DNA of 63,863 nucleotides, filler included, from Globobulimina sp. (lineage: Eukaryota), in the NCBI GenBank assembly GCA_003354225.1. It is 25 parts of 25 records of this genome, joined end to end, with 100 filler letters (N's around TTAATTAATTAA, not from the genome) between each part and the next. Parts side by side here need not be neighbours in the genome. Positions count along the whole stretch, not along the records: positions 58,850 to 61,306 come from PIVH01006594.1; positions 61,407 to 63,863 come from PIVH01006595.1; 23 more parts are not named here. The stretch is one strand, 5' to 3'. Below are positions 59,209-63,863 of the stretch, piece after piece; the stretch's first letter is position 1, and every line of letters starts with the position of its first letter. The notes beneath the pieces were generated by a model. That model was not told the origin of the DNA. It saw only the letters and a list, made by a program, of their open reading frames with translations, and ran no database searches. Made by a program: the position numbers and the translations under genes.

Positions 59209-59502
59209 TGTTGTTCAACTTGTATGAGATTCTGACTCTAATTTAAACAATAAACAATTGATTGAAGCTGTGTCTATTTCAATTTTGTAACGACATATTA
59301 AAGTTTTGCCAGAATATATCAAACAATCAAAAAAATTTAAATTAACCTTGTGTTGGGGGTGGGTACTTGTATGGTACTGTACGTAAGAAAATTGGATATG
59401 CAACAAATATAGTGTCTATAGTGTCTAACATATTCTTATATTTGTGATGCATGAGCAAATAAAGCATGCAAAAAACAGCTTAGTTTACTACCCAATTTAA
59501 GC

Positions 59503-61258
59503 ATGGCCGAACAAGCACCACTAAAAAAAGAAGAAGAAAATGTCAAAAAACATAAAAAAAGAGACATGGGTAATTTATCAGAACGTATGGGCGGCGAAGG
59601 CAAAATTCAATTTAAAATGTCAGCATCATCATCACCGCCCTACAAACGAAGCAAACAAAATGAGATCATATTATTTATTGCCAGCATCATATTCGCCTGC
59701 ATAATGGAGCAATTTTACTCATACGGATCCATTTCATTATTAATTGTGTTAATCATCAATATATTTTATAACATCCGGTCCATACCGCACGATAACATTC
59801 CAATGGGCAGCGGTTATTTACCGTTTATTGGCCATGGCCTCAATGCCTTATCAGTATGGGACCGATTTTACGACGCCGAAGTCGATGAATTTCTATCTTT
59901 ATCCGCGCGCCCTCATAAACGGCAATATTATTCCGCCTCGATGCCATTTGGCAAGAATTATTTATTCATTTGCGATGTCAAATTAATTGATTACATATTT
60001 CGTTTAAAGTTTGGTGATGCTGAGAAAGGAAAGGAATTTCACCAAATTGCTGAACCATTGACCGGTGATGGGATATTTTCCTCCGATGGGAAGCTATGGA
60101 AACATCATCGCAGCACAGCCAGCAAAATGTTCACGTTGCGGTCATTGAAAGATTATATGTTTGAGGTATTCAACGATTCCACGGATAATTTTTTGAATAA
60201 AATGTCCGAATTACATGGCAATGACAAATATATTGACATTTATGACATGTTTCATCGTCTAACTCTCGAAGCTTTCACGCAAGTCGCACTTGGCGTAAAT
60301 TTGGGAGTTATCAAACAAGCTCCGGCGGTGCCGCCATTTTGCCGTAGTTTTGATTTTGTAAATCATCAATGTACCATTCGTTTTTATGACCAAATGTGGA
60401 AAATTAAGAATTATTTTGGTATTGGCAACGAAGGGAAGTTAAAAGAACACGAAAAAACCATCAATACAGCCATTAAGGACATAATTCAAACTCGAAAACA
60501 ACAGTTATCCGCTCCTAAAAAGTATGATTTGTCCAAAGATTATGATATTATTTCAATTTTCTTGCAAAGAGATGGGAATATTAGGTATGTACTGGTGATG
60601 TTGATATTGTTTTTGATTTTTATGTTGATATTGTTTCAGCGATAAAGAGTTACGAGACATTTGCGCCAATTTTATACTTGCCGGACGTGACACGACTGGA
60701 CAATTATTGTCGTGGTTCTGTTATGAAATGTGTAAAGATGAAAATCAGCACATTTTGGACAAGATTATGGAGGAAATATCTTTAAATATTGGTGAAAATG
60801 CTAAAATTAGCTATCATCAAATTAATAGCATGGAATATTTAGAAAACGCGCTATTGGAATGTTTGAGATTGCGTCCGTCCGTCCCGCATTTAGTGCGCGT
60901 GGCGAAGATAGATATTCCTATTCCAAATACAACGCATATAATAAGGAAAGGTGATACTATAATTGTGCCGTGTTACGCTATGGGAAGAATGCCGACAATA
61001 TGGAAGAATCCGTTACATTTTGATCCGGATAGATTTAAAAATGCGGCATTTCCACCGTGTAAATATCCGGCATTCAATATTCCGCCCCGTTTGTGTTTAG
61101 GCAAACATGTGGCGATGATGGAGGCGAAAATTGCGATTGTAAAATTATTTCGTAAATATGAATTGACGCCGGATCCAAAGCAAGACGTTACTTATATTTA
61201 TAGTATGACCAATCAAATGAAGAATGGATTTAGGGTTAGATTGAAAGCTAGAAATTGA
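59503..61258 (+). CDS. Cytochrome P450 (CYP86/704-clan-like), intron 60585-60639
   Basis: GDGIFSSDGKLWKHHRSTASKMF, ELRDICANFILAGRDTT, ECLRLRPSVP, YAMGRM, FDPDRF, heme motif FNIPPRLCLG. Confidence 0.92.
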
Positions 61259-61406
61259 CTATAATTATGTAAATAACTTTTCTTTTCTTTTTATACAAGT
61301 ATGAATNNNNNNNNNNNNNNNNNNNNNNNNNNNNNNNNNNNNNNNNNNNNTTAATTAATTAANNNNNNNNNNNNNNNNNNNNNNNNNNNNNNNNNNNNNN
61401 NNNNNN

Positions 61407-63218
61407 AAATGCGATTTAACCGCATTTTTATTGCCGATTCGGAGATCTATATTTAAAACAACCCACGACATCGATGTCTCTGACCATATGAAACAAACTA
61501 CATTCGAGTTGGAAAAGCAGTTTATAACAGAATTGGAAATGGAAATAAATAAAGTCTCAAAATTTTATAGCGAGCAGAAGGCATATTTTGCGCAATCGTG
61601 TCAAAGATTATTTGACCGATTGAAACGTTTCAAAAATGAGCAGATAAATGCATCACTTGATGAAGATCCACAATCCATCCATTTAAACAAACCAATATCA
61701 ATTTCAATAAATGAAAAAAAAGAATTAAAAAAATTATTTCGAATCACGTATCATGGTCTTACAAATAAGTTGAGTTCATTTCGCATTGTAAACATGACAT
61801 CGCTCAGAAAGATATGTAAGAAACATGACAAAAATTCTTCCTATCAACGGTTACAAGACAAAATCACTGAAATGCTACAATGTGATGGCAATGTTGGCAA
61901 TGATGAATATGAAAATTATCTAATTGACAGATTAGAGACAGTATACTCACATTATTTATCAAACCATCAGAAAAAATCATATGGTGTGCAAAAATTAAGA
62001 AAAATAAATTATTCGAAGCAACCAACAAAACAAAATATTCAAATCAAATCCTCGTTTATAGGCTTTTTATTAGGTTTCTCTGTATGTATGCTATTCAATT
62101 GTTGCATATTATTGCTACTTTCTGAGTACAGGTTAACTTTTTTTGCATCTCAAATCACAAAAAGGGTGTGGCATATGATAAGTGCAAGTATTTGCATTTG
62201 TTTATATTTGTGGTTTTTTGCAATCGACTTATACATATTTGAGAAGAAAAGATTTAATCATGGATATATTTTCGAAGCAGATCCTTCTTCGTTGCTTCAT
62301 TCACGAAATCTATTCAGTTTAGCCTCAACCATCAGTTTTGTGATTATGTTTATTGTCTCAGGCTATATTTTTTCATTTGTATTTCAAGAATCTATCATCA
62401 CCAAATCGATTCCATTGCGTGTATATGCTGGAATATTGTGCATTTTCTGGATATTATTTGTAATTTATCCCGGAAAACGATTTCTGAAAACACGAAGCTT
62501 TTTATGCGGCAGTTTTAAACGAATTGTAGCTGCGCCATTTGCACCCGTATATTTTATAGATTTCTTCATTGCGGATCAATTAACGAGTTTGTTTGCTATT
62601 ATTGTGGATATTGCATTCACGCTATGCTCAGTTCTATCGTTTAGTAACAACAGCACTATATTCGTTTTATTAAATTGTTTCAAAGTATATCCGTATTGGT
62701 TGCGGTTTGCACAATGTATCCGGAGATACTTTGACGACAGAAATAACACAGACCATCTGATCAATGCAGGAAAATATCTTTCATCAATTATCACCGTTTT
62801 GGTTGTTTCTATTCAAAAATATTATTCATATTCAACCACATTATTTGTATTACGCTTATTATTTGGATTAGTCACAACTATATACGCTTTTGCATGGGAT
62901 ATTATTAAAGATTGGTCACTCGGCCAATTAAAATATAAATTTTTGAGAAAAGAATTAAAATTCCCACGCCCAATATATTATGCAGCAATATTTCTCAATT
63001 TTCTGTTTCGAATCAGTTGGGCTGTTGCTTTATTTCATAGAGCATTCTCAATTAACACCGACTTACATTATGTGTCATTGATATTTGCAGTGACTGAAAT
63101 CCTTCGACGATGTATTTGGAATGTATTTCGCTTAGAAAATGAGCACCTTAATAACTGCGGATCTTTTCGTGTTTGTGTAGATGTGCCTGCTTTGTTGAGT
63201 GTTGATACTGATGAATAG
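61407..63218 (+). CDS. XPR1: SPX-EXS phosphate exporter (XPR1/SYG1/PHO1 family), 5' truncated
   Basis: EINKVSKFY, N.TSLRKICKKHDK, NHGYIFE, FIDFFIADQLTS, RFAQCIRRY, HLINAGKY, WDIIKDW, EILRRCIWNVFRLENEHLNNCGSFR. Confidence 0.95.
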   Translation, partial: KCDLTAFLLPIRRSIFKTTHDIDVSDHMKQTTFELEKQFITELEMEINKVSKFYSEQKAYFAQSCQRLFDRLKRFKNEQINASLDEDPQSIHLNKPISISINEKKELKKLFRITYHGLTNKLSSFRIVNMTSLRKICKKHDKNSSYQRLQDKITEMLQCDGNVGNDEYENYLIDRLETVYSHYLSNHQKKSYGVQKLRKINYSKQPTKQNIQIKSSFIGFLLGFSVCMLFNCCILLLLSEYRLTFFASQITKRVWHMISASICICLYLWFFAIDLYIFEKKRFNHGYIFEADPSSLLHSRNLFSLASTISFVIMFIVSGYIFSFVFQESIITKSIPLRVYAGILCIFWILFVIYPGKRFLKTRSFLCGSFKRIVAAPFAPVYFIDFFIADQLTSLFAIIVDIAFTLCSVLSFSNNSTIFVLLNCFKVYPYWLRFAQCIRRYFDDRNNTDHLINAGKYLSSIITVLVVSIQKYYSYSTTLFVLRLLFGLVTTIYAFAWDIIKDWSLGQLKYKFLRKELKFPRPIYYAAIFLNFLFRISWAVALFHRAFSINTDLHYVSLIFAVTEILRRCIWNVFRLENEHLNNCGSFRVCVDVPALLSVDTDE

Positions 63219-63526
63219 AATATTTTTAAAATCATATAACATAACAAACAAAAAAATTCAAAAAAGAAATACAAAACAAAAACAAAGAATGGATTATGGA
63301 AATATTATATTAATAAATAATGCTAAAAGCTTGTAAGGCTTTCAATTGGTTTTCACAACACAAACATAAAGACATTGAGTGGTACACATACCCACATTAT
63401 TATTATTTCACTGCAAAAGTCATTGTGAAAACCAAAAATCTGTTATCATTGCAATATATCAAACACAACAAAAAAAAAAAAATAAAAGGGATAAAAAGCG
63501 CTGAAAAGAAAGAAGAAAGTATATAT

Positions 63527-63863
63527 TTAAAATAATGATGGCAGCGATGATGCCGAATGCAGTCTCGATGTTTTTGAAAATGCATTATTGGAAATATTTG
63601 TCGTTTTTTCTTCAATTTGCAATGAAACCATTTGTACCAATTGGTCCTGATCAGAATCAATTTGATGTTGTTCTTGTTGTACAATATTTAAATCAGAGGT
63701 ACTCTCTCCGGTATGCTCATCATTTGAGAATGATTTATGATCATTATCCTCGTTGTCCTCATCCACGCTGATAATGGGACTCACATCGATATCATTATCA
63801 TTATGCTCATCATTTTCATTTAAATCCGACACTTGCGTTTGATTATCAATTAAATCAATCAAA
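63527..63863 (-). CDS. Acidic low-complexity C-terminal fragment
   Basis: Open D/N/E-rich frame from the contig end to a stop at 63527. Confidence 0.5.
   Translation of the reverse strand, partial: LIDLIDNQTQVSDLNENDEHNDNDIDVSPIISVDEDNEDNDHKSFSNDEHTGESTSDLNIVQQEQHQIDSDQDQLVQMVSLQIEEKTTNISNNAFSKTSRLHSASSLPSLF

Noticed and set aside
2462..61406. Regularly spaced TTAATTAATTAA repeat about every 2.56 kb
   Set aside because: Artificial all-frame-stop linker inside N runs. The periodicity reflects length-sorted contigs, not biology.
5123..63863. Alternative genetic code
   Set aside because: Conserved genes end at TAA, TAG or TGA where expected, and internal stops are explained by introns.

Overview
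This is not one locus. It is 25 unrelated short contigs (2457-2461 bp each, sorted by length) joined by 100-bp artificial linkers (N44-TTAATTAATTAA-N44), so neighbourhood across linkers is meaningless and most genes are cut off. About 21 contigs come from an AT-rich, gene-dense eukaryote with short GT-AG introns (mostly 50-100 bp) and the standard genetic code. Its gene families suggest a foraminiferan/rhizarian (inference). Recognisable genes include DDB1, a myotubularin, TMEM184, RPS27a, Polo kinase, two P450s, an HSP70-like protein, an ABCB transporter, MCMBP, a KCTD/BTB protein, a class I PDE, an aquaporin, TMEM151, PP2C, an MFS transporter, an acyl-CoA ligase, a TM-RING ligase and SPX-EXS. 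Four contigs look foreign: 2562-5022 (spliced C2H2 zinc-finger array fused to a Maverick/Polinton polymerase-type N-terminal domain, with a 22-bp palindromic tandem array upstream), 20481-22939 (MITE-rich, metazoan-like), 43504-45961 (Bacteroidota phage-like cassette) and 48620-51077 (intronless >750-codon ORFan). The best leads are the zinc-finger/Polinton fusion, an introner-like hairpin intron flanked by direct repeats, a myotubularin fused to a multipass membrane domain, a deiodinase-like fusion with a SECIS-like hairpin, and an eS31 gene whose upstream partner ends in SVRGG instead of ubiquitin's LRLRGG. All family calls are by-eye motif recognition; no searches were run.
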